64,000 bases of DNA, taken from the NCBI GenBank assembly GCA_965140585.1, contig OZ223270.1, positions 512,001-576,000 on the forward strand, written 5' to 3'. Of this stretch, positions 49,362 to 59,335 are shown one piece after another; position 1 is the first letter of the stretch; each line of letters opens with the position of its first letter. The notes below the pieces were generated by a model. The model was not told the origin of the DNA. It ran no database searches and worked only from the letters and a program-made list of their open reading frames with translations. The position numbers and the translations under genes are program-made. This DNA is from Spirochaetia bacterium (lineage in GTDB: Bacteria > Spirochaetota > Spirochaetia > UBA9216).

Positions 49362-49406
49362 ACCTTTAAGATACAGAAAACCGGGATAAAAGGAAAGAGC
49401 GCGGAA

Positions 49407-51521
49407 CTAATCCGCGCAACCTTCTGAGCCTGTAACGAATTCACTGAATTTATCGTTCAGATCATTAATTATTGAATCGAGTTCCACTGTTATATTCTGA
49501 AGATCTTCCATTGCTTCAACAACACCTAAAGCCTGCTTGAATATATTATTCATTCCGCCTTCAACCTCAGTTGAGTTGTCTTTAATCAAAAGAAGCGCCT
49601 TGTTCGAAGTTTCAATGCCGCGGTGCATATCGGCAGAGCTTGTGCTGACCTCTCCGGTAACGTCATTGATTTGTTCGGTTGATTCCATGATCTGAGTTCC
49701 GCCGATAGTCAGTTCGGAGACGGCACTTTCAATCTCAAGAAAGGCATTGACTGTTGATTCAACTTCATTTGAAATAGAGTCAAAAGTTTTAAGGGTATGA
49801 CTCATGTTTTCAGAAGTATTTCTGATACCGTTGGTTATTTCTTTAATTAGTGAACTGATTGAACTTGACGACGCTCCTGCTGTTTCGGCTAGCTTCCTGA
49901 TTTCTTCAGCTACTACTGCGAAACCTCTTCCGGATTCACCGGCATGTGCAGCCTCGATTGCAGCATTCATTGAAAGCAGGTTAGTCTGGGAAGCTATGTT
50001 GTTGATGGTTTCAGTCATTTCCTGGATGTTTGTGATTTTTTCAACAACGGTTGAGAATACAGATGAAGTGTTGTCGATCTGGAGTTTTCCTTCCTCAGCA
50101 ATTTTTTTCAGAGATCCGGTTGAATCCTTCTTAACACGTGTGATGTTTCCGACGTTATTCAGCGACGCTATCATCTGGGTTATTGCCGCCGATGATTCCT
50201 CTACAAGAGAGCTCTGATTTGAGATAACCTTGTCAAATGACTCGGTATTTGTTGTAATCTGGGTCATTGCAGATGCGTTATCGTTGATTCTTGTGTTCAT
50301 CTCTGTAAGCCTGAACTCCACATTCCGGATGCTTTCATTTATATTCTGGATTGATGCTGCCGTCGATTCAGTTCGGGTGATGATCTTGTCCTTTATAACA
50401 TCAGTCTGAGCTACAGCATTCTGGATTTCAGATACAAGTTCACACTGTTTTTCCATGAAGATATTAAAGTTCCGGGCAACATCTCCAACCTCATCCTTAC
50501 TGCTGATATCAAGCCGTCTTGTAAGATCAGCCTTGCCCTCTGCAATATTTTTTAATGATGTATTTACTTTCCGCAGAGGTGATATGATTCTGTTTATCAG
50601 AAGCGCTGTAATGGCCAGCAGGATGATAAGGGCAATAACTGAAGTAACGATAAACGACGTAAGAATGGGTTTAAGCCGGTTTTTATACACCGAGGTTGGA
50701 ACCGCCGCGACAAGGAGTCCTGCCGCTGTTTTACGGAAAGAGGTGAATATTTCATTTTCCTTCCATATATAAGTAAAGCTTCCCTCTCCCATCTCAAATA
50801 TTTTCATTGCAAAATCTAGTGTTGTCATATCATAACCGATCAACTCAGTGTTAACATGGTGTGTGCAGAGCTTGGTTTCCGGGTCAAGGATGTAGGCGTA
50901 GCCGCCTTCAGTGTATTTATAATTAGAGATGATTTTCTGAAGATCCGAAGCCTCAAGTACTGTCTGCAGCTCTTCCGGTTTCACTCCTATCTGGATAAAA
51001 CCCTTACCGCCTTCACGGGCAACACCAATATACTGAAACAGGACATTATCGATAGCCCTTCTCTGGGGTTCCTGTGCTATTTCAAAGTCTGGATCCTGTA
51101 GCAGCTTCATGAAGGGGCGGCTTTGATCTCCGGAATTAAAATCGAACCCATAAAATCCCGGTGTTGTTCCGGCATAAAGTATTCCGTTTGAATCGGCAAC
51201 ATGTATTTCTTCGATTCCGACCTGTTCTGCCAGTTTCATCATGGCAGCGGTTCCGGGTGTTTCCGGAACGGCATCAATATAGCGGGCCACACTTCGGGCT
51301 ATTCTTATGAAATTCCGATCCATTGATTCTTTCATTATGTCTGTAATGTTAAGCATTATATTTTCCTGGAATTCAATATCGTCCAGGGTACCAAGTGTTG
51401 AAACCTCCATAACATTGTCTATCTCGTCGGATATGTTGGTATACCCGATAAAAGATATGATTGCTTCGGCCGCTAACAGGATTACGGCGATGGGCAAAAT
51501 GAGTTTGTAAATAATTTTCAC
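49407..51521 (-). CDS. Methyl-accepting chemotaxis protein (Cache sensor, HAMP)
   Basis: Two TM segments, HAMP and [35 protein letters not shown] signalling hairpin. Confidence 0.95.
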   Translation of the reverse strand: MKIIYKLILPIAVILLAAEAIISFIGYTNISDEIDNVMEVSTLGTLDDIEFQENIMLNITDIMKESMDRNFIRIARSVARYIDAVPETPGTAAMMKLAEQVGIEEIHVADSNGILYAGTTPGFYGFDFNSGDQSRPFMKLLQDPDFEIAQEPQRRAIDNVLFQYIGVAREGGKGFIQIGVKPEELQTVLEASDLQKIISNYKYTEGGYAYILDPETKLCTHHVNTELIGYDMTTLDFAMKIFEMGEGSFTYIWKENEIFTSFRKTAAGLLVAAVPTSVYKNRLKPILTSFIVTSVIALIILLAITALLINRIISPLRKVNTSLKNIAEGKADLTRRLDISSKDEVGDVARNFNIFMEKQCELVSEIQNAVAQTDVIKDKIITRTESTAASIQNINESIRNVEFRLTEMNTRINDNASAMTQITTNTESFDKVISNQSSLVEESSAAITQMIASLNNVGNITRVKKDSTGSLKKIAEEGKLQIDNTSSVFSTVVEKITNIQEMTETINNIASQTNLLSMNAAIEAAHAGESGRGFAVVAEEIRKLAETAGASSSSISSLIKEITNGIRNTSENMSHTLKTFDSISNEVESTVNAFLEIESAVSELTIGGTQIMESTEQINDVTGEVSTSSADMHRGIETSNKALLLIKDNSTEVEGGMNNIFKQALGVVEAMEDLQNITVELDSIINDLNDKFSEFVTGSEGCAD

Positions 51522-51541
51522 GCAATCTCCTCCTATATCTT

Positions 51542-51569
51542 ATATCGACTTCAGGCTAGTGCAGGTTTA
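51542..51569 (-). promoter_or_regulatory. Sigma28 (FliA/SigD)-type promoter of the MCP gene
   Basis: Minus strand TAAA-N16-GTCGATAT, then AGGAGG SD before the GTG start. Confidence 0.7.
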
Positions 51570-51604
51570 TTTTTTTTCAGCGTGAAATATACAACTGCCT
51601 TATA

Positions 51605-51633
51605 TTGACAATCGTGAAAGTGTAGAGTAACAT
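51605..51633 (+). promoter_or_regulatory. Sigma70 promoter of tRNA-Leu
   Basis: TTGACA-N17-TAACAT. Confidence 0.7.
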
Positions 51634-51645
51634 GTCATCCACAAT

Positions 51646-51729
51646 GCCCAGGTGGTGAAATTGGTAGACACGCTAGGTTCAGGGTCTAGTGTCCGTGCGG
51701 ACATGCTGGTTCGAGTCCAGTTCTGGGCA
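51646..51729 (+). tRNA. tRNA-Leu (anticodon CAG), CCA not encoded
   Basis: GCCCAGG/TCTGGGC acceptor stem, D loop with TGG, CTAGG-TTCAGGG-TCTAG anticodon arm, long variable arm, GGTTCGAGTCC T arm. Confidence 0.96.
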
Positions 51730-51759
51730 AATATAAACCCTTACGGGGGAAGAGATTAG

Positions 51760-51788
51760 GACGATTTCAGACGAAATCGTCTTTTTTT
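51760..51788 (+). terminator. Intrinsic terminator after tRNA-Leu
   Basis: GACGATTTC-AGAC-GAAATCGTC followed by T7. Confidence 0.8.
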
Positions 51789-51793
51789 ATTTA

Positions 51794-51829
51794 GGCGTCA
51801 TTTTGTCACTGACGCCAGTATTGACGCCA
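51794..51829. repeat. TGACGCC(A) repeats, integrase arm-type site candidates
   Basis: GGCGTCA 51794-51800 (inverted); TGACGCCA at 51810-51817 and 51822-51829 (12-bp period). Confidence 0.55.
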
Positions 51830-52006
51830 ATTGAAATGGTTTTAATGTAGAAAATTTTTAGAATTAAAATCTTTCACATAACCCTTCTTCTCTATGGTAT
51901 TATTTGTATTGAAAAAAAAGTGTTAGAAGGGATATTTGTGTGACCATTATCTTGTTGATAGCTATTTGCCATCCTTGACGCTCAAAGTTTTCACGGAGGC
52001 TCAAAT

Positions 52007-53992
52007 ATGCAAATTGAAAAAGTTGAAATTAAAAACTTTCGTTCTATCAGGAAAGAAGAGATCGGATTCGATCTTCTCACCACTTTCATTGGAAGAAACG
52101 GTGTTGGCAAATCGACAGTCCTGCATGCTATCGAGTTTTTTTATACAATCAATGCGAAAATAGACATCGAGGATTTTCACGCAAAAGATACAAGCCAACC
52201 TATTTCTGTAGCAATTACTTACTCAGGTCTTTCTAATGCTGAGGCGAAGGAGTTTGCTTCTTATATCGCTGATAGTCGACTTACAGTGAAAAAGATGGCG
52301 TCTATTGAGAACGGCGAGGTTTCGCAGAAGTACTATGGAACGAGTTTGCAGATACCGCAATTCGCTGATGTTCTTTCACACAGTAAAAAATCTGAACAGA
52401 CTACCGCATGGAAAGAGCTTGTTGATAGCGGACAATTAGAAGGCTTAACGGAGAAACCTCGAGCAGCCGACGCTATTCCTCCAATCATAGAGGCATATGA
52501 GGCAACACATCCTGAACTGCGACGTCCTGTAGAAAGGGAACAGCAGTTCTTTGGTCCTAGCAATGTGGGAGGAGGTAAGCTCGATAAGTATACGAAATTT
52601 GTGCTCGTCCCTGCGGTGCGAGAAGCCGCTGATGAATTGACAGATCGAAAAGGGGCTGTCACCAAGCTACTTGAGATGATTGTCTCGAGAAAAGTAAACT
52701 CACGTTCTGATATTATTAAATTCAAGAAAGAGTTCAATGAAAAATTGGAGACTCTTTTCTCTTCGGAGAATCTCTCCGAACTCCCTGAATTGGCAGAAGA
52801 TATCACAAAAACGTTGGAGCTCTATGCACCAGGTACCGTTCTTCACCTTGAGTGGGAAGATCCCTCACTGCCTGAAATCAAGATTCCAGGAACTCTTGCA
52901 TCTGTGGAGGAGGATGGATTTCAATCTGATATTTCCCGAAAAGGTCATGGACTTCAAAGATCGCTTATTCTGAGTTTGCTTCACCACCTCGCATTGTCGA
53001 CTCCTGTTTCAGAGTCCGTCGAGGAAGAAGATGGGGGTGAAGAGGATCCAGAGATTGTTGATGATAGAATGGATCTTATTTTAGCTATTGAGGAACCGGA
53101 ATTATACCAACATCCGTTGAGGAGCAGATTTCTCGTCTCCGTCCTCCGGGAACTGGCAAAACCTCAGGAAAACGATTCTGTTTCTGCTAACCAAATAATT
53201 TACACAAGTCATTCACCTTACTTTGTTGACCTCCGGCAGTTTGATAACCTTCGTGTAGTCCGAAAAATTGAGCAAGATATAGCTGAAGGAAGACCGGCCG
53301 AAACGAAAGTCCATTACTTTTCGACCTCTCAAGCAGCTGCCCGACTCCAAGAAATATGTCCTGATGTTAGAGAGAGCTTTACACCTGAGTCGTTCCTTGC
53401 CCATACAATGCCAGTGATGAACACGATTGTGAATGAGGGATTTTTCGCTGATGTGGTCCTCCTCGTCGAAGGGAACACCGAAGCCGCTCTTTTTTCCGCG
53501 CTTCAGGATGTACACTCAAGGAGTTGGTCACAACTTGGGATAGCAGTGGTTCCAGCATTTGGAAAAAACAATATTGATCGCCCTACTATTGTCTTTCGAG
53601 GTCTTGGTATTCCCACATACATCGTATTTGACGGTGACAAGTCCTGTGAAGGCAAAGATAGCGAGGCAAACACACGAGCAAAGAATATGCGTTACATGCG
53701 ACTTGTTGGTGTAGAACCTGAAGGTTTTCCAAGAACACGAATCGAAGAGTCCTGGGCGGTTCTGGAAGACAAGACAGAGACTACCCTAAAGGCAGATCTT
53801 GGAACAGATATCTATACATCATTAAGAGCGAGGGTTGCAGAACAGCTTGGGTATGATAAACCTTCAGCAGTTTTAAAGAATAGTGAAGGCACCTACCTCT
53901 TTGTTACATGGCTATATGCTGAAGGCCATCGGCTTTCGACATTCGAACAAATTATACAAAGGGTGGAAAGAATGCAGCCTATGGGCAACTAA
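52007..53992 (+). CDS. OLD-family ATP-dependent nuclease (ABC ATPase plus TOPRIM)
   Basis: IKNFRSI, Walker A GRNGVGKS, KGHGLQR signature, IEEPELYQHP, TSHSP; TOPRIM LVEGNTE and FDGD. Confidence 0.9.
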   Translation: MQIEKVEIKNFRSIRKEEIGFDLLTTFIGRNGVGKSTVLHAIEFFYTINAKIDIEDFHAKDTSQPISVAITYSGLSNAEAKEFASYIADSRLTVKKMASIENGEVSQKYYGTSLQIPQFADVLSHSKKSEQTTAWKELVDSGQLEGLTEKPRAADAIPPIIEAYEATHPELRRPVEREQQFFGPSNVGGGKLDKYTKFVLVPAVREAADELTDRKGAVTKLLEMIVSRKVNSRSDIIKFKKEFNEKLETLFSSENLSELPELAEDITKTLELYAPGTVLHLEWEDPSLPEIKIPGTLASVEEDGFQSDISRKGHGLQRSLILSLLHHLALSTPVSESVEEEDGGEEDPEIVDDRMDLILAIEEPELYQHPLRSRFLVSVLRELAKPQENDSVSANQIIYTSHSPYFVDLRQFDNLRVVRKIEQDIAEGRPAETKVHYFSTSQAAARLQEICPDVRESFTPESFLAHTMPVMNTIVNEGFFADVVLLVEGNTEAALFSALQDVHSRSWSQLGIAVVPAFGKNNIDRPTIVFRGLGIPTYIVFDGDKSCEGKDSEANTRAKNMRYMRLVGVEPEGFPRTRIEESWAVLEDKTETTLKADLGTDIYTSLRARVAEQLGYDKPSAVLKNSEGTYLFVTWLYAEGHRLSTFEQIIQRVERMQPMGN

Positions 53993-54103
53993 AGCATGTG
54001 AGTTATTTTGCCATTGCTTAATCAAAAGTCTACTTAAATAAAAATTCATGCTTATTGAAAGGGCAATATATTACACAATAATTTATGTGAGAGAGATGAT
54101 GAC

Positions 54104-54532
54104 ATGACAGAGGATGAGAGATGGAATTATTTAGTTAAACTTGATGAGGAATTGCTCATCGGGGGAGTAATACTTTCCGAATGGTGTACTTTTATTGTAA
54201 AGGAGGCTGATACAGCATTTGCAAAAGGAGCATTTTTAGCGTCATTGCTTACTGTTGTTTCTGGAATAGAGACTTATCTGCGCTCAGAATATGAAGCTAA
54301 CGATAAGTCATCGTTATATGAACTGATAGAAAATGCATCATTGGGTGAAGAGCTTATTCAAGAATTACATAGTCTACGAAAATATAGAAATAAATGGGTT
54401 CATGTTAATCACCCTTGGGAGGATGAAGAGATTATTCAAAATCCTGGAAAATATGAAAATGAAATCGAATTTAGAGCTATAGGCGCAATGAAAACCTTAA
54501 GAAAGGTATTATATGAAAATTCATGGATTTAA
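54104..54532 (+). CDS. Small HEPN-like protein (putative RNase)
   Basis: Helical protein with upstream Glu (SGIETYL) and RxxxxH motif (RNKWVH). Confidence 0.6.
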   Translation: MTEDERWNYLVKLDEELLIGGVILSEWCTFIVKEADTAFAKGAFLASLLTVVSGIETYLRSEYEANDKSSLYELIENASLGEELIQELHSLRKYRNKWVHVNHPWEDEEIIQNPGKYENEIEFRAIGAMKTLRKVLYENSWI

Positions 54533-54719
54533 ATGCAGCATAACAACTATCCATAACAGAAAATATTCGATACGTCCGTTTACATCTGAATGATTCTAAT
54601 ACAAATTGAAATGTGATTGTTCTGTTTGAATGGAGTAATTTTCCTATAACCAGATAATGGTGAGATAGAAAATTATTCTACCAATTCTACAATAGTTGTT
54701 ATAGACTAATACTGTAATA

Positions 54720-56840
54720 ATGAAACCAACAATTTTAAAATATGAAGAAGCCAAACCATATCTTGATGAAATAATTACAAATGCTGATAACAATCGTGTC
54801 TCTTTTGGGTTCATCTGTAAAAGTGCATATCCAGAAAGTATGGAGAAGGGGTTTTTATGGGTCTTAACATTGGATGAAGTTTATGTTGGGCATTTATTAT
54901 TTGGTGGCAAATATCCAAGTTTAAAAATCTTTCAAATATATATTAATCCACGTTACCATAAAAAAGGATATGGAAAATTCCTGATTGAAAAATTTATTAC
55001 CTATTCAAAAAATTTACATGTTCAAATTATATCAGTTAAAGTTGCTGCTGAGCTTCCTGCAAATACATTTTGGATTAACTGTGGTTTTCTATTTTTTAAT
55101 CAAGAGGAGGGGCATGGAAATAGGCGCTTAGTGAACAAATATCTTTACGAAGTAGATAAGAACCAACTTTTTGAGAATGCAGGTGCAGAAGAAATAATTC
55201 CTCTTTCCAAATTGAAAAATGATAAATCTCCAATCTCAACAGTTCCAATATATGCGATTGACTTAAACGTTTTCTTTGATTATTTGAAAGATAGGGAGAA
55301 TTGTGTTTACATTACAAATCTAATTTCAATGGCCATGTCTGGTCATGTGAGGATAGTTATAACAGCTGAGTTTATTGATGAATTAAAGAGGAATTCAATT
55401 GGCGAAGATCCTGTACTACGTTTTGCAGAACAGTTTAAGCGCTTACCGGAAGTAGACGTTAATCAGCATCAAGAATTATATAATAATATCTATAATTTGA
55501 TATTTCCAGAAAAAAGGGATAAGACAAAGGTAAATGACAAATCTGATGTGAGCCATATAGTGGCATCTATTGTTAATGAGATCGATGGCTTTATAACTTC
55601 TGAGAAAAAGATTCTCAGGCAGTCAGAACATATTTTTAAAAATTACAAGTTACAAATATTGTCACCTTATGAATTGTATTCTGAGGATGGTGAAATTAAT
55701 TCTCATGCTATAGATTTAGATAGTGAAGAAATCAATTTAGAAATATTACAAAAACCTTTTAATAATAATTCTAATCCTTTCATAGAACTATTATCACCTC
55801 GTGCATTAACAGAAATAAAGCAGTCTGATTATGAATATATACATAGCGTTAATGTGAGTGAAAATTGTATGGGGGTAATTGGAATTCAAAGAGTTCAGCA
55901 AAGGGTTTGTTTAATCAATGCTTTATTATTACTTGATGACAGTGCACCTAATATTTATTTGCTTATCGATAAATGTATGGATTTCATTTACGAATACGCA
56001 GCAAAGAAAGAGTATTGTCAATTATGTATTAAAGTGAAAAAGGATTCAGATGTTATGATTCAAACCCTTCAAGATCAATTATTCTTACGAAGTAATACTA
56101 ATCATGAGTTCTTTTCTGAGTATGTCCGATTATTTGTAAACAAACAGATATTTCGGCAAGATTGGGAGCATCTTAATTCAATCTTGGAGTATTCTTTGAA
56201 TTTAAAAGGACCCAATCATTTCCCATCTTATGATGAAATGATAAACAGTAGAATCGTTTTCTCAAAATCTAACATGAAGAAATATGGAATTAATTTGTTC
56301 GATTTTGAAACCTTCTTTTATCCCACAATTTTAATGTGCTCGAAGAGACCTGGAGTGATTATTCCAATTCACAAGAATTTTATTGAAGCATTTTTCCCGA
56401 AGCATATCAGTCAAGATGATTTATTTCCACATCATAGTGCATCTGTTTCTTGTGAAAAAGTATACTATAGGGCGCCTAAAAAGAGTACACATTTAGAAAA
56501 AGGTAAACTTGCTTTCTTTTACGAATCTGGGTTTAAAGGTGGCGCAAAAAAGATAATTGGATATGGCAGAATAACATCATCCCAGATTGTAGATATAGAT
56601 GTTTTAAATAATAAATTTTATCGACAAGGAGTTCTATCCGAAATAAGTATAGAGGGACTTGCTACAAATGGAAAAATCCAAGTGATTACATTTAGCAATT
56701 TTCGGATATTTAAACATCCTGTTAGTTATAATTTATTAGAAAAAGAAAAAATAGTTACAGGTGCAAGATTAGTGACGGCGCAGGGAATAGATTTTAAGGA
56801 TGTAAATAAAATCATGAAATACGGAAATAATGGAGCTTAA
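54720..56840 (+). CDS. GNAT-PIN-(degenerate GNAT)-EVE/ASCH-like (PUA fold) multidomain protein
   Basis: QIYINPRYHKKGYG...ANTFW..CGF (GNAT); AIDLNVFFD...EFIDEL...DKSDVSH...FITSE (PIN); IIPIH...KVYY...LAFFYES...IIGYGRI (PUA-like). Confidence 0.75.
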   Translation: MKPTILKYEEAKPYLDEIITNADNNRVSFGFICKSAYPESMEKGFLWVLTLDEVYVGHLLFGGKYPSLKIFQIYINPRYHKKGYGKFLIEKFITYSKNLHVQIISVKVAAELPANTFWINCGFLFFNQEEGHGNRRLVNKYLYEVDKNQLFENAGAEEIIPLSKLKNDKSPISTVPIYAIDLNVFFDYLKDRENCVYITNLISMAMSGHVRIVITAEFIDELKRNSIGEDPVLRFAEQFKRLPEVDVNQHQELYNNIYNLIFPEKRDKTKVNDKSDVSHIVASIVNEIDGFITSEKKILRQSEHIFKNYKLQILSPYELYSEDGEINSHAIDLDSEEINLEILQKPFNNNSNPFIELLSPRALTEIKQSDYEYIHSVNVSENCMGVIGIQRVQQRVCLINALLLLDDSAPNIYLLIDKCMDFIYEYAAKKEYCQLCIKVKKDSDVMIQTLQDQLFLRSNTNHEFFSEYVRLFVNKQIFRQDWEHLNSILEYSLNLKGPNHFPSYDEMINSRIVFSKSNMKKYGINLFDFETFFYPTILMCSKRPGVIIPIHKNFIEAFFPKHISQDDLFPHHSASVSCEKVYYRAPKKSTHLEKGKLAFFYESGFKGGAKKIIGYGRITSSQIVDIDVLNNKFYRQGVLSEISIEGLATNGKIQVITFSNFRIFKHPVSYNLLEKEKIVTGARLVTAQGIDFKDVNKIMKYGNNGA

Positions 56841-56842
56841 CT

Positions 56843-57265
56843 ATGGAAATCATGTTGTCTATCAAACCAAAATATATTCAAAAGATTCTTGCTGGAGAGA
56901 AAACTGTTGAGATTCGTTGCAGGAAAATGAATTTGCCAGTAAATACAAAGATTTGGTTATACTCTTCTTCTCCTGAAAAATCTATTGTAGGAAGGGCATC
57001 TGTTCTTGATTATAAATATGAAAAAAGAGAAGAAATCTGGTCAAATCATTTTGTTGAAACAGCAATTGATTCGGATGAGTATAGTCAGTATACAAAAAAC
57101 AATGAGAAAGTAAGTGCAATTTTTTTAGGAAATGTACAACCTTTAAAAGAAAAAGTTCCACTTGATGTTGTAAGAACTGAAATAAAGGGATTCCAGCCAC
57201 CACAATTTTATAAAATCATAGAAAGCAATTCCATATTAAATTCAGATTCTGAGTTCATTTCATAG
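56843..57265 (+). CDS. ASCH domain protein
   Basis: MLSIKPKY...ILAGEKTVEIR...LYSSSPEKSIVG...PPQ; starts 2 nt after the previous stop. Confidence 0.88.
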   Translation: MEIMLSIKPKYIQKILAGEKTVEIRCRKMNLPVNTKIWLYSSSPEKSIVGRASVLDYKYEKREEIWSNHFVETAIDSDEYSQYTKNNEKVSAIFLGNVQPLKEKVPLDVVRTEIKGFQPPQFYKIIESNSILNSDSEFIS

Positions 57266-57401
57266 TTCCTTCCATTGGGGAAATTTTTAGTGTTGCTTCT
57301 GCAATAGTGACACAAACTTGTCCCAACGATAGAACACACATTCTGAATGTGGAAAAGTTGCTACGTTAAAACCCTTCACACACATTCCTGTCTCTATGGC
57401 G

Positions 57402-58514
57402 TGCTATGGCTTTTTCAACTTTCAAGCACTCGAGCGGTAATATGAATGATGGAGGCCTCCTAAAACAGAGTCTTTTTTAATTGCCCCAATACCTAGAGGG
57501 TGATTCCCTACAGGAATTCCACCAACACCTTGATGGGGACGTAGGTGATTATAATAGGAAACATATGATTTTATAATATTCCGAACCTGCTTCTCTGAAA
57601 ACAGAAGAAAATGATCCAGAGCTTCTCGTCGAATTGAACCGTTCAATCTTTCGACATATGCATTCATATTCGGAGCATAAGGACAGATATTCACTCCTGT
57701 AATTCCAAACCAACTATAATCGATAGATGTAAACTGTGCAGCATTGTCATGAATCAATGTCTTCTGTCCCTGAATATCCTCGGAAAACAGCTCAATCCGT
57801 TGTTTTACAAACTCCCGACATGGATTTTCAGTTAAATCTGACCGGATTATCTTTCTGGATTTCAGTTCAAGGATTATTAGCAGAAATAATCTTTTGCCGA
57901 ATAGTGTGTCTATGGTCAAAAAGTCCATTGCAAACAAGGAATTCCAGTGGCTTTTAAGAAACTTTTTCCATGATCCTACCGGATGAATCTTACCCTGCTT
58001 TCTATATACTTGAATTATTCTATTCACTGTAGTCGGATTCAAATCAATACTGAGCTTTTTCAATTCATCAGCTATACGATGGCAGCCCCAGAGGCTATTG
58101 TCCTGTTTTATCTGAAAAATGAGTTCTTTGATTTCTTTTGATACTAGCTTTCTACCCGGTTTCACATGCTTGTAGGTCCAGAAGTTTTTAATGAATCTAC
58201 GCTGCCAGTCTAGAAGAGTTGAGGGTTTGACAAGAGTTAGGTGGTTTGAAGCTCTTCTGGATAGTCAGAAAATTATGGTTAGAAACAGCCGATCCTTCAT
58301 TCTCATGTTTGAATGCAGCTTTTGGCGATTTATCTGCCGTCTATAAACTTGATTCTCTTTTTTCAATGCCATCAAGGTGAAGATTAAGTCCTTGCGGTTG
58401 GAAAACAGGATTTTGAGCAAAGAATGGAGTAGAGTAGTCAGGAATTCAAACATACTTTATTATCGGCAGATGTAAAATGGAAAAATTTCCACATTAGTCG
58501 AAAAAGCCATAGCA
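57402..58514 (-). mobile_element. IS-like element copy 1 (rve integrase-core DDE transposase, IS481-like)
   Basis: Terminal IRs TGCTATGGCTTTTTCAACT / AGTCGAAAAAGCCATAGCA (18/19 match) enclosing the transposase. Confidence 0.8.
57422..58453 (-). pseudogene. Transposase with one in-frame TGA at codon 63
   Basis: Same 1032-nt length as copy 2; the frame continues past TGA 58265-58267 (LSRRASNHLTLVKPSTLLDWQRR). Confidence 0.85.
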
Positions 58515-58591
58515 TGACCCAGGCGTGGAGGGGTGCAGGAATTATCCAGACAGGCCAGAGAAGAAGCTATGACTCTGGCCAGCCTGACCGA

Positions 58592-59335
58592 TTAGGAATA
58601 GTCCCAGCGGAAAAATTTTAATGATAAGAATACTCCCAGAATCATCATTACCAGTAATAGGGCTATCTGAATGGGGAAGGCTCTGAAGGGCTGCCCCTGA
58701 CTAATTCCATTCAGCAATACAATCCCCTGCCGCAAAGGGAGCAGTGAAGCGGCTTTCTGCAGCCAGTCCGGGAACACAGAATATGGAATGGTGGTGCCGG
58801 AGAAGAGCAGCATAGGAAAGTAGAGTATGCTACAGAGAACCCCGGCCTGTTTACTGTCCTTCGCCAAACTGGCGACAGTCATTCCCAAAGCGAAAATGGA
58901 AGCCAATACAAGCATCCAGGCTAAGGCAATAGACATAAAAGCACCCACAGGTTTGATCCCAAACAATAGAATTGCTATTAATGCAGTTAAAAGAGATGAA
59001 ATAAGGGCTACCAGGAATTGTACCACCAGTTGAACCGATAGCAATAACCAGGGGGATGCGGGCGTAACCTGCAGCCTCTTAAGCACTTTCTTTTCCCGGT
59101 AGTCCGACAGAACTATAGGCAGCCCCATCAGTCCAACGGCGCATATTCCAATGGAAATTAATGCCCCAAAGGTCATTTCCAGCATGCTGCTAAATCCTTC
59201 AGGTGGATTATTGCGGTAAATCCATCCGATCAAAAGAGTTATTACAACAGGCATTATCAGGACAAATAGCATAACATCAGGGCTTCTTAAACTTAATTTC
59301 AATTCAATAGAACTCAATTTAAAGAATCGTTTCAC
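58592..59335 (-). CDS. ABC-2 type exporter permease
   Basis: Six TM segments; YREKKVLKRL..TP and FSG...P...FP.WLQ motifs. Confidence 0.88.
   Translation of the reverse strand: MKRFFKLSSIELKLSLRSPDVMLFVLIMPVVITLLIGWIYRNNPPEGFSSMLEMTFGALISIGICAVGLMGLPIVLSDYREKKVLKRLQVTPASPWLLLSVQLVVQFLVALISSLLTALIAILLFGIKPVGAFMSIALAWMLVLASIFALGMTVASLAKDSKQAGVLCSILYFPMLLFSGTTIPYSVFPDWLQKAASLLPLRQGIVLLNGISQGQPFRAFPIQIALLLVMMILGVFLSLKFFRWDYS

Noticed and set aside
52007-53992. Gabija or retron system
   Set aside because: No adjacent UvrD-like GajB or reverse transcriptase gene
53993-54719. Integron attC sites around the HEPN-like gene (GCATAAC just after its stop)
   Set aside because: No matching GTTRRRY end or extended attC stem was found, and no integron integrase is in the window
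58165-58453. Programmed frameshift in transposase copy 1
   Set aside because: Both ORF pieces are in the same frame; the break is a stop codon
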